A stretch of DNA of 64,000 bases, taken from the NCBI GenBank assembly GCA_012030715.1, contig JAAUUJ010000002.1, positions 4,966-68,965 on the forward strand, written 5' to 3'. This DNA comes from Synechococcaceae cyanobacterium SM2_3_1. GTDB lineage: Bacteria > Cyanobacteriota > Cyanobacteriia > Thermostichales > Thermostichaceae. The translations under genes and the position numbers were made by a program. This document shows, in pieces, positions 33,851 to 42,396 of this stretch. Below the pieces are notes generated by a model that saw nothing but the letters and a program-made list of their open reading frames with translations, made no database searches and had not been told where the DNA came from. Numbering within the stretch: the stretch's first letter is position 1; every line of letters begins with the position of its first letter.

Positions 33851-34450
33851 GTGGAGTCGGCCTTTTTGTCCAGCACCGCGGTCCTGGTGTGGCTTCTGAG
33901 TTATACCCCGCTCATGCCGGTGGCGCGTTTATTTTTTGCTCTGCCGGTGGCTATGGCCATTATGCGCTGGAATTTTCGAACGGGGGCACTGACGCTTGTC
34001 GTTTCAGCGCTGCTCCTGACCCTCTTGCTGGGGCCAACACGTAGCATTCTTTATGTGATTCCCTATGGCCTCCTGGGATACTGGTGTGGTCGGCTCTGGA
34101 AACGGGGCTCCTCCTGGTATCTATCCATCCTGACAGGCAGCCTGATCAGCACGTTTGGGTTGGTCTTTCAATTCCTGATCTCCTCGATTCTGGTGGGAGA
34201 AAATCTCTGGACCTATCTGATGATCCAGCTGACGGGACTGAGCAACTGGCTACTGGACATTACCCTCAGTGGCTTCGGGATCTATGTGACGGCAACTCCC
34301 CTGGTTTTACAGATTGCGGTGGTGGGTTTTCTGGCTGTGAACTCCCTTGTGTATGTGTTTACGGTGCATTTAGTGGCAGCCCTGGTTCTGGAGCGATTGC
34401 GGTGCCCTTTACCGGAACCCCCCCGCTGGGTGCAGTTTTTGCTGGAGTGA
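33851..34450 (+). CDS. DUF2232-family membrane protein
   Basis: ORF track 199 aa with a GTG start. VESAFLSSTAVLVWLLSY...ALPVAMAIMRW resembles cyanobacterial DUF2232 proteins. The N-terminus is uncertain. Confidence 0.6.
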   Translation: MESAFLSSTAVLVWLLSYTPLMPVARLFFALPVAMAIMRWNFRTGALTLVVSALLLTLLLGPTRSILYVIPYGLLGYWCGRLWKRGSSWYLSILTGSLISTFGLVFQFLISSILVGENLWTYLMIQLTGLSNWLLDITLSGFGIYVTATPLVLQIAVVGFLAVNSLVYVFTVHLVAALVLERLRCPLPEPPRWVQFLLE

Positions 34451-34510
34451 TAGCTGACCCTTTTGAACTTCGAGTAGGCTGGATGCAGCGCGATCATCCG
34501 GTGGGGTGCA

Positions 34511-35500
34511 ATGGGTATATCCAGTTCTGAACAGGAATCTCAGATCACGGCCAGCCGCCGACGGCTTCTAAAAGGAGCGATCGTGGGAGCAGGTCAAGTG
34601 GGCATGGCCTGTGCCTACTCAATGCTGATTCAAAATACTCTGGACGAGCTGGTGCTCACGGATATCAATCGCGAGAAACTGGAAGGGGAAGTCATGGATC
34701 TGGTGCATGGGATCCCCTTCGTGGCTCCAACGCTGGTGAAAGCTGGATCTCTAGAAGACTGTGCCCATGCAGATATTGTGGTGATCACCGCCGGGGCAAA
34801 GCAGCGACCCGGAGAAACTCGCCTCGATCTGGTGCAGCGCAATGTAGAAATCTTTCGGGGATTAATTCGGGATCTGGCGCAATACTGCCCGGAGGCCATT
34901 TTTCTGGTGGTCAGTAACCCCGTCGACATCATGACCTACCTGACCCTGAAACTGTCTGGATTTCCAGCAGGGCGGGTGATCGGCTCCGGCACCGTTCTGG
35001 ACACAGCTCGCTTCCGATACCTTCTAGCCGAGCGGTTAAACCTGGACCCCCGCAGTCTGCACGCCTATATCCTGGGGGAACATGGTGACACTGAGGTGGC
35101 CGTCTGGAGCAAGGTGAATGTCGCGGGCACCAATATTACCGAGATTTTTCCAGAACTCAATCATCCGGAAGACCCCGATCAACTGGGTCGGATTTTTGAA
35201 CAGGTGCGAAATGCGGCCTACGAAATCATTAAACGAAAAGGGGCCACCAGTTACGCAATTGGTCTGGGAGTTACTCAAATCGTCCAGGCGATCCTGCGCA
35301 ACCAGAATCGAGTTCTTACCATTAGTAGTCTGCTGGCGGGAGAGTATGGGTTGTCAGAGGTCTGTCTCAGTTTGCCTGCTGTAGTAGGGCGCGAAGGCGT
35401 CTCCCGAATTTTTGAACTGGCCCTGACACCGACCGAAGTATCACAGTTGCAGCATTCAGGCCAGGTTCTTCGCCAAGTTTTACAGAATATTAATCTTTAG
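34511..35500 (+). CDS. ldh: L-lactate dehydrogenase
   Basis: ORF track 329 aa. [16 protein letters not shown] (Rossmann), [27 protein letters not shown] and GEHGDTEV. Confidence 0.92.
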   Translation: MGISSSEQESQITASRRRLLKGAIVGAGQVGMACAYSMLIQNTLDELVLTDINREKLEGEVMDLVHGIPFVAPTLVKAGSLEDCAHADIVVITAGAKQRPGETRLDLVQRNVEIFRGLIRDLAQYCPEAIFLVVSNPVDIMTYLTLKLSGFPAGRVIGSGTVLDTARFRYLLAERLNLDPRSLHAYILGEHGDTEVAVWSKVNVAGTNITEIFPELNHPEDPDQLGRIFEQVRNAAYEIIKRKGATSYAIGLGVTQIVQAILRNQNRVLTISSLLAGEYGLSEVCLSLPAVVGREGVSRIFELALTPTEVSQLQHSGQVLRQVLQNINL

Positions 35501-35756
35501 CTGAATCCTTCGGCAGCAATATCTGGAGGCCTCTAGATCAAGGCGCTTCCCCAGGAGATCACCACGAAAACAGGAGATTTTTCGTCATAAAATTAAGCAT
35601 TGATACATTCTCAGGAACCCTTTCCCTCATACAGCGTTTTAGTATAAAGTATGTTAAATAAATCTGAATTCTGGTCAAGTTAAGCGCCCCAATCTCCCGT
35701 GGAGCGGCAAGATCTTGTGTTTCTGCATGAAATCAGCTTGGCGATCCCCAAGGAGT

Positions 35757-35774
35757 GCTACATTGCTTAACAAT
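35757..35774 (+). promoter_or_regulatory. HLR1-like direct repeat (candidate RpaB box) upstream of rpaB
   Basis: GCTACATT-GC-TTAACAAT versus the HLR1 consensus (G/T)TTACA(T/A)(T/A)-NN-(G/T)TTACA(T/A)(T/A), with one mismatch per half. It lies about 155 nt upstream of the rpaB TTG start. Confidence 0.35.
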
Positions 35775-35927
35775 GCTGCGGGTCAAACTTAATGAAGTCG
35801 GTCGTGGTCTGTGTCTCTGCCCTGCGTGATCAACGCTCATCATCTCTGTTGGGCCACCTCTATTTGTGTGGTTAACAGCTGAGATTTCTAAAGGTATCGG
35901 TGTTGCACTGGAAGGAGTTAAGGAACT

Positions 35928-36662
35928 TTGGAAGCACAGCGAAAAGAGAGAATCTTGGTAGTGGATGACGAAGCCAGTATTCGCCGGATCCTGGAAACAC
36001 GATTGTCGATGATTGGCTATGACGTGGTAACGGCTTCGGATGGGGAAGAAGCTCTCAATGTTTTTCATCAAGAGCATCCCGATCTGGTGGTTCTGGATGT
36101 GATGATGCCCAAGCTGGATGGCTATGGCGTCTGTCAGGAACTGCGCAAGGAATCGGATATTCCCATCATCATGCTCACGGCCCTGGGGGATGTGGCGGAT
36201 CGGATCACAGGTCTGGAACTGGGGGCGGATGATTATGTGGTCAAGCCCTTTTCTCCCAAGGAACTGGAGGCCCGGATTCGCTCCGTGCTAAGGCGAGTGA
36301 GTCGCGGTGTGCATGAAGGGATCCCCAGCTCTGGAGTGATCCAGGTGGGAGATATTCGCATTGATACCAACAAGCGCCAGGTTTATAAGCGGGATGATCG
36401 GGTGCGCCTGACGGGTATGGAATTCAGTCTACTGGAACTCCTGGTTAGCCGCTCCGGGGAACCCTTCTCCCGCTCTGAAATCCTGCAGGAGGTGTGGGGC
36501 TACACCCCAGAACGGCATGTGGATACACGGGTGGTGGATGTGCATATTTCCCGACTGCGGGCCAAGCTGGAGGATGATCCCAGCAATCCTGAGTTGATTT
36601 TGACGGCTAGGGGAACTGGATATTTGTTCCAGCGAATCATTCAGGATGACGAGCGTCCCTGA
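35928..36662 (+). CDS. rpaB: OmpR-family response regulator RpaB (Ycf27)
   Basis: ORF track 244 aa with a TTG start. ERILVVDDEASIRRILETRLSMIGYDVVTASDGEEAL...DLVVLDVMMPKLDGYGVCQELRKESDIPIIMLTALGDVADRITGLELGADDYVVKPFSPKELEARI is highly RpaB-like. A winged-helix C-terminus follows. Confidence 0.9.
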   Translation: MEAQRKERILVVDDEASIRRILETRLSMIGYDVVTASDGEEALNVFHQEHPDLVVLDVMMPKLDGYGVCQELRKESDIPIIMLTALGDVADRITGLELGADDYVVKPFSPKELEARIRSVLRRVSRGVHEGIPSSGVIQVGDIRIDTNKRQVYKRDDRVRLTGMEFSLLELLVSRSGEPFSRSEILQEVWGYTPERHVDTRVVDVHISRLRAKLEDDPSNPELILTARGTGYLFQRIIQDDERP

Positions 36663-36690
36663 GCAGCAGAGGCTAACTCATTCACCCGTT

Positions 36691-37164
36691 TCAGGGAATG
36701 TTCCAGGCGGGGTGAGAGAGCAAACTGGCCAGCACCTGCACCCCCCGCAGTTGGTTGGAAAGGGGTAGGTGCCCCTTAGGGGCCGACAGATCCCAGATAA
36801 ATTCATCAGGATAGCGGGTCCAGTGATTCCCTTCCTTCCACCCGATTAAGGGCCAGAGCCGGTCCCAGTCCCGTTTGACCCCTAACCACAACTGCCTTTG
36901 CACTGAATAGCCAAACTTGCCCTGGGAAGCCGTTAACCAGATCTGATCCAGGGTTTGCAATTCCTCCACAGGTAGCCGATCCACCTCAGTGAAATAAAGC
37001 CATCCCCGCTTTGCTGCCGCAGGACCTGCCAGTTGACAGAGCAGTTTTAGGGTGAGGTTGTCCGCTGTTTGAAAATCGAGTTGGCTCAGTGCGGATTGCA
37101 AAGGCTGAATATCAATCCCCTGCGAGGGCAAACCCGAGAGATTAGAAAGATTGGACTCAGACAT
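36691..37164 (-). CDS. GUN4-domain protein
   Basis: ORF track 157 aa. ...[53 protein letters not shown] matches the GUN4 domain pattern. Confidence 0.8.
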   Translation of the reverse strand: MSESNLSNLSGLPSQGIDIQPLQSALSQLDFQTADNLTLKLLCQLAGPAAAKRGWLYFTEVDRLPVEELQTLDQIWLTASQGKFGYSVQRQLWLGVKRDWDRLWPLIGWKEGNHWTRYPDEFIWDLSAPKGHLPLSNQLRGVQVLASLLSHPAWNIP

Positions 37165-37254
37165 AAAAGAATCAAAGAAAAAGAGCTGATGGATGAATCA
37201 TTCTGCCTGTGCAGGAGATCAACAGGTCGCTAACCCAGGCGGATCCGATCGGGT

Positions 37255-37781
37255 TCAGTCATAGGACTGACGACGGTTAGGAGTACCCACTGTGCGACGG
37301 TAACCCACATAGCCGACAGCTAAAACACCCGCCACGAGCCAGAGAAAGACGGTGATCGGTAGATAAGAAAAAAAGACGATGCGCACCCGATTTCCCAGCC
37401 AGGCTAAAAACAGATAGGCCCCGATCATAATGGCCAGCCCTTGCAGGGTGCGACAGGCAGGAATTTGGCACAGGGGCATGCGCTGGCGAGCCACCCAGAG
37501 GGACATGAGCATGTAGTAGGGGGGCATCAGCAGCAGCAGAGCATCAGCCTCTTTGATCACCTTTGCCCAGCCAGCAGTGTTGGTGGCATACCCGAGATAG
37601 CCCGCCCACAAAGCCAGACAAAAAACGGCAAGGCTGATATTCACACTCAGAACAAAGGGTTCTTCTTTTTGGCCTGGAATCAAATCACAGAAGACCCAGA
37701 TCAGCCACGGGCAGCGAGAATTGCCAGACTCACCAGCAGGCTATATTGATTTAGCCCAATGAAAACCTGTTCCAGAGTCAT
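37255..37781 (-). pseudogene. small polytopic membrane protein whose N-terminal helix lies in another frame (apparent -1 frameshift)
   Basis: ORF 37255..37683 starts at an artefactual TTG. Upstream, ATG 37781 encodes MTLEQVFIGLNQYSLLVSLAILAARG*. Adding one C to the CCC run (GGG on the + strand at 37709-37711) would give ...LAILAAPWLIWVFCDLIPGQKEEPFVL..., a continuous TM helix. Confidence 0.5.
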
Positions 37782-37880
37782 AGTCGTTAATCCGTCTACC
37801 TGACCTTAAGCCTACCCTATTGACATAATCCCGTTCTCAAGGAATTGCTATGCTTTCCTGAATCAGGGGGATTCTGGACC

Positions 37881-39014
37881 CTATGTCACCTTACTTCTCT
37901 GGATAATAGCCGCCACTAGATTGCTGCCCGGGGCACCTTGGTGTTCATTCCCGGCAGAAGCCAGGATCATCGGATCCCCGACCACAGCTGCCACCACCGC
38001 ATTTGCCACCGTCTTGGCCATAATTCCGGCATAGCCTGACAGAAAATCACTGTGGATGGTGTGGCGACGTCCGCGGACAGAGGATTGGGCATCGGCTCCA
38101 CAATTGATCAACAGCTGGGTGATCTGTTGTTGCTGCCCAGCGGTCAGAGGCAGAGCACAGGATAGTCCCGCACTGTTGAGAGCATTGATCACTCCCTGGA
38201 GATCCAGCTGATCCTGCATAACACCATGGCCGATACGATAGGGGCTGAGGGAATGGGTGGCATTGCCCATGACTAGAACACGACAGGCCGACTGTTCTCC
38301 TCCAGCAGAAACCGATCCGCGGTTGGTGTAGAGATCAGGGTTGTGATTGATGGCCTCAGCTCGGATGCTGTCCGGGGCAATTTCTCCTACAGCCACGCCA
38401 ATTCCCAGAGCCGAAGCCGCCTTGGAAAAAGAGGAAGCCTGTCCCAAATTTGTACTGATCACGGTGACCCCGCGAGCGGTGGCGTCCTGAAGGCGATTGG
38501 GGGTCATAGCCGGACATTTGATCTCCACGCAGTGGACATCCTCAAGATCGGTAATACCCGCATCCGTGATGGCAGCCCGAACCGCGTCCCCCACCAGCTG
38601 CACCTGCAGAGGAGTGCCGTATTCTTCGGGGAAGAGATCGCGGGTATTGGCAACCCCAACCGTCAATCGCTTTTCCTGCGGTGGAGTGACAGGAGCCGCT
38701 ACCGAACTGCGAGTAAAGACTGTGTAATGGGGACTCATTAAGCCACCACAGAGGCCGATCATCATCAGGGGGATGCGGGCAAATACCGCCTCGCGAGAGC
38801 AGTTGAGGAATTGAGACAAAAGGAGTTGCAGGCAGAGGGACGTATATCCGCGGGCATACCCTGTTCCCTCAGTCTGGGCAATGATCCCGACAATCGTATC
38901 GGCCTGGATGGCCTGGGATTGCAGGAGGTTTTCCAGTTCACTTACATCATCGGGAGATTGCATGGGCAACCGGTGGACACCCACATCGATCCATGGGGAG
39001 GAATGGTCTTTCAT
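37881..39014 (-). CDS. ring-opening amidohydrolase, cyanuric acid amidohydrolase / barbiturase (AtzD/TrzD) family homologue
   Basis: ORF track 377 aa. It is collinear with my recollection of Pseudomonas AtzD: VHRLPMQSPDDVSELENLL..IVGIIAQTEGTG, SPHYTVFTRS, EKRLTVGVANTRDLFPEEYG, VEIKCPAMTP, SKAASALGIGVA, IGHGVMQD, VRGRRHTIHSD and the C-terminal SAGNEHQGAPGSNLVAAII. Confidence 0.85.
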   Translation of the reverse strand: MKDHSSPWIDVGVHRLPMQSPDDVSELENLLQSQAIQADTIVGIIAQTEGTGYARGYTSLCLQLLLSQFLNCSREAVFARIPLMMIGLCGGLMSPHYTVFTRSSVAAPVTPPQEKRLTVGVANTRDLFPEEYGTPLQVQLVGDAVRAAITDAGITDLEDVHCVEIKCPAMTPNRLQDATARGVTVISTNLGQASSFSKAASALGIGVAVGEIAPDSIRAEAINHNPDLYTNRGSVSAGGEQSACRVLVMGNATHSLSPYRIGHGVMQDQLDLQGVINALNSAGLSCALPLTAGQQQQITQLLINCGADAQSSVRGRRHTIHSDFLSGYAGIMAKTVANAVVAAVVGDPMILASAGNEHQGAPGSNLVAAIIQRSKVT

Positions 39015-39095
39015 CAGTTTTGTCCGAGATACCCCGTCCGTCTACACAGCGGGGAGGGATAGGAGCCTCAAGGAAGCGGCTCGATGCCGCGCAGA

Positions 39096-39570
39096 TTGAC
39101 AACAAATCTACGCCTCTCATCGAACCATTGCCCCAATCCTCGAATCAAATCGGGGTTGACTTGGGAGTAACCAGCCTGGTCGCTCTGAGCAATGGAGAAA
39201 AGATTGCAAACCCCAAAGGCTTCTGTGCAAAAACGCCGCAAGCTCAAGAAAGCTCAAAAAGCGTTGGCACGGAAGTAAAAAGGGTCGAACAATCGATACA
39301 AAAAACTTGCACTCTCGATCAGTGATGCCAGTTGGGTTGAGACATTGCCGTTGAATGTTCGTGCATGGGACTGCCCAAATTGCGGGAGGCACCATGACCG
39401 GGATATCAACGCTGCAAATAACATTCTTGCCGCAGGGCTTGCGGTGAAAGTCTGTGGAGCGAACGTAAGACCGGATAGGCATAAGTCTGATGGCAGTTGC
39501 GATGAGGCAGAAAGATCTAAGAAGTGATTCTTGGAATCCCCATCCGCCTATGCGTTGGGGAGGATGTCAA
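39096..39570 (+). mobile_element. degenerate IS200/IS605-family TnpB remnant with right-end hairpin
   Basis: There are RuvC-I-like IGVDLGVTSLVALSNGEKIANPK (frame of ORF 38993..39325), a frameshift, then [24 protein letters not shown] with an in-frame TAA at 39276-39278. [10 protein letters not shown] follows, then [34 protein letters not shown] (zinc-finger half plus RuvC-III Asp; ORF 39345..39527). About 150 aa of a ~400-aa protein remain. A hairpin, CCCCA(39538-39542)/TGGGG(39556-39560), is followed by GAGGATGTCAA ending at 39570. Confidence 0.65.
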
Positions 39571-39951
39571 TTATTCTTCCTCTAAAGGCAAACCAGCCCG
39601 CACCCGTCCCTGGCCAAAATAGCGCCCAAACTGCAGCTCGTACACTTCATCTTCATCCTGAGTCTCCACCTCCAGATCAGAAGCAGGATAGCCCACACAC
39701 AGGAGAGCATATCCTTGAGCCTTGAGAGGTTTTGAGATCCCCATGGCTTCTGGTTGGTGAATCGAGCCCTTCAAAACCCGGACGGCACAGGTGGTACAGG
39801 CTCCATTGCGGCAGGCAAATGGCAGGGTCACCCCCTGTGCTTCCGCCGTGGCCAGAATGTAACGATTGGCGGGAACCTGGATCTTGTGCCAGCAGTCCTT
39901 CTGACGGTCGTGGATCTGAACAGTGAAAAGGGGAATGGGGGCGTCCGACAT
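39571..39951 (-). CDS. plant-type [2Fe-2S] ferredoxin-like protein
   Basis: ORF track 126 aa with the Cys pattern FACRNGACTTCAVRV...LLCVGYP. Confidence 0.85.
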   Translation of the reverse strand: MSDAPIPLFTVQIHDRQKDCWHKIQVPANRYILATAEAQGVTLPFACRNGACTTCAVRVLKGSIHQPEAMGISKPLKAQGYALLCVGYPASDLEVETQDEDEVYELQFGRYFGQGRVRAGLPLEEE

Positions 39952-40022
39952 AGAGGCTGAAGGAAGAAATGTTTTCTCAGAGTACTACACCTGCAGATAA
40001 ACAGAAGTGCTTCCGCGCTCCA

Positions 40023-40790
40023 TTAAGCCAGGAAGGGAGGGGAGTCCGGCACATCTTGCCAGCGTCCTGATCCCACCGCTCGAATCGCCTCTTTGAGGTG
40101 GAAGTTGCCACTGTAGAGAGCTTTGCCAACGATCACCCCCGAGACCCCCAGCGGCACCAGCGTCAATAATGAAAGCAGATCGGTGAGTGAACTAATGCCA
40201 CCGGAGGCGATCACAGGAATCTGCGCCGCCGCTGCTACCGCCCGCAGCTGAGTCAGGTTAGGACCACTGAGGGTGCCGTCCCGCTCAATATCGGTGTAAA
40301 TAATCGCCGCAGCGCCCCACTGATTCGCCTGACGCACCAGATCGACTGCAGCCACTGTCGAGGTGGTCAGCCAACCCCGCGTTGCCACCTGTCCCTCTCG
40401 GGCATCAATCCCCACCACGATCCTCTGGGGATGTCGCTGACAGAGCTTCTGCACCAGTTGGGGATCCTCCACTGCCAGCGTACCCACGATCACCCGATCT
40501 ACCCCAGCTGCCAGCCATCGCTCCGCCGTCGCCAGAGAACGAATTCCTCCCCCCACCTGTACGGGCATCTGCACCGTTTCCACCATGGCCTGAATGGTGT
40601 TGACATGCACCGGATCGCCGCTGCGGGCCCCCTCCAGATCCACCACATGCAGACGTGTGGCCCCCTGCTCTCGCCATATCTGCGCCTGTTGCACCGGATC
40701 GGTAGCCACCACCTCCACCTGGGCATAGTCTCCCCGATGCAGCCTTACACACTGGCCCTCTAACAGATCAATGGCAGGGATAACTTCCAT
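40023..40790 (-). CDS. hisA: 1-(5-phosphoribosyl)-5-[(5-phosphoribosylamino)methylideneamino]imidazole-4-carboxamide isomerase
   Basis: The ORF is 40023..40796. MEVIPAIDLLEGQCVRLHRGDY...VQVGGGIRS...IYTDIERDGTLSGPN...IASGGISS. Confidence 0.93.
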   Translation of the reverse strand: MEVIPAIDLLEGQCVRLHRGDYAQVEVVATDPVQQAQIWREQGATRLHVVDLEGARSGDPVHVNTIQAMVETVQMPVQVGGGIRSLATAERWLAAGVDRVIVGTLAVEDPQLVQKLCQRHPQRIVVGIDAREGQVATRGWLTTSTVAAVDLVRQANQWGAAAIIYTDIERDGTLSGPNLTQLRAVAAAAQIPVIASGGISSLTDLLSLLTLVPLGVSGVIVGKALYSGNFHLKEAIRAVGSGRWQDVPDSPPFLA

Positions 40791-40873
40791 AGACAATGTT
40801 TAGTTACAACAAATGTACAGCAGCGATCATAGCGAGCGAGGAATTGCTCCAGGAGCCCAATGCACAGTTAACT

Positions 40874-41705
40874 TCAGGGTTCAAACCCAGGGATCTCGGG
40901 TAGACGCAGCAGATTCCAGACCTTTTCACTCCCTTCGGGATCTAACAAACGCCAGCCCACCAGCCCGGAACTTGTCAGCAGCAATAAAGAGATCAGCACC
41001 ACCACCACACTATAAATTTTGCGCAGAGGAGAAACAGCAGCGGTTTTGCGGTTCGCAGATGGGCGTTTTGATCCCTGTTTAGCCCCCGACGCCCTGGCTG
41101 GTGAGCGAGGGGCCGCTGCAGCGGCAGGGGGGGGCTGGTGGACGGACGAGCGTGGGAGATTGGGGGAACCTGTGTTTTGGGTGCCGAGGCAGGAATGGCA
41201 GGTCCGGGCATGCGGTGTAGCGCCTGATCAATATTACGGGCCGTTGCTGCAGACGGTTCCATTGCACCAGTTCCGCCACAGAGATAGCAGCCAGGTTCGG
41301 GATCTGGGGTTGCAGCCGCTGAATTCGATCCACCAGCGGGCGGTCATTACTCACCACCACCACTAGGGTTCCCACCTGTTGTTTGGCCAGGGCATAGGCA
41401 CACTCGGCAATCGCCTGCACCAGACGCAAACGCTTGCTCAGCTGGGAGGCTTCTGCTTCCTGCTCTTTCACCAAAGCCTCGGCATCAGAGACAACAAAGT
41501 CTCCCGTGGCGCTATAGCGAATAAACTCACGGGCCACAGCCTCCTGTTGCGGTTCAATCGCTCGCTGGGTGAGAAATTCAATATCCTGATAGACCCCCAG
41601 GGGCATAACACACTGGCCAAAGCGGGCCCATTCCTGCCATTGCCGCGTCTGACTGGCCAGAATCGCTGTGGTGTCAAACACAAGTAGAGGTTGAGTTTCC
41701 GCCAT
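40874..41705 (-). pseudogene. hypothetical protein: PIN-like N-terminal domain, Pro-rich linker, C-terminal TM helix, needing at least one frame change
   Basis: ORF 41079..41705 starts MAETQPLLVFDTTAILAS... and degenerates into a Cys/Pro-rich tail. All three frames are open across 41080-41260. A different frame ends with a clean membrane anchor, ...SANRKTAAVSPLRKIYSVVVVLISLLLLTSSGLVGWRLLDPEG...PGFEP* (stop at 40874-40876). A G8 run at 41127-41134 is a candidate shift site. Confidence 0.4.
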
Positions 41706-41874
41706 ACCTACCCTCCTGACTGGCCTGTTTACAAAGCAGGTGTTTTGACCTCAACGGGTGTGAAGGGTTGCTCCGGTTTCGACTCTGTGGTTAGACACAG
41801 GAGACCATCGAACCATCAGTCGAGATCTGCTCTCCTTAGGGTAGCCTCTTCCCAAGGGCGGAGGGACTTTCCGA

Positions 41875-42396
41875 TTAGCGATGGCGCAACTGGGTAATCA
41901 GATCGGCACGTTCCAATAGCGATTCCGGCATCTCTGGTCCAGTAATCATCACATCCAGGGAAACTGGTCGGGAGTCTAGCAGGTCCAGGACCTCATCCTC
42001 GGCGATCAAGCCCATTTTCAGGGCCAGAGCCAGCTCATCCAAAACCACAAGGCTGTAATCTCCCGTGGCAATGGACTCACGGGTGTACTGCCAGAGCTGA
42101 TCCAGGGCCAATTTTTCTTCAGCTTCCAGGTGGGGGGTATCCACACAACGTTGAATTCCACAACGAACCCAGGTGAGGTAGCTGCCCAGGCTGATAGGAT
42201 GCTCGGGTCCCTGGCGGATCCCTCCTTTCAGAAACTGGACCACGAGAACAGGAGTTCCCTGCCCTGCCACCCGTAACGCCTGAGCCATCACTGGTGTAAA
42301 TGCGCCGCGACCCGGATTGGTGTAAAGCTGCAAAACCCCTCGCAGAACCAGGTTAGAGACCATGGGAGCAGTTGGAGTCTGGACTTGTGGAGACAT
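41875..42396 (-). CDS. CobA/CobO/BtuR-like cob(I)yrinic acid a,c-diamide adenosyltransferase family protein (degenerate P-loop)
   Basis: ORF track 173 aa. VLVVQFLKGG...YSLVVLDELALALKMGLI..EDEVLDLLDSRP..LDVMITGPEMPESLLERADLITQL fits the family. The expected GKGKT P-loop is not visible (NPGRGAFT). Confidence 0.7.
   Translation of the reverse strand: MSPQVQTPTAPMVSNLVLRGVLQLYTNPGRGAFTPVMAQALRVAGQGTPVLVVQFLKGGIRQGPEHPISLGSYLTWVRCGIQRCVDTPHLEAEEKLALDQLWQYTRESIATGDYSLVVLDELALALKMGLIAEDEVLDLLDSRPVSLDVMITGPEMPESLLERADLITQLRHR

Noticed and set aside
33700-33851. Possible longer, frameshifted N-terminus for the DUF2232 protein (ATG at about 33719 reads MQNRPHHRSDFFSP* in another frame)
   Set aside because: The upstream frames are short, Pro/Ser-rich and unconserved-looking. 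Joining them would need two extra indels with no motif support. The GTG start at 33851 is kept, with low certainty about the N-terminus.
40877-40890. tRNA-like T-arm sequence GGGTTCAAACCC
   Set aside because: The flanks do not form a T-stem or the rest of a cloverleaf. The bases encode the C-terminus (IPGFEP*) of the minus-strand TM tail.
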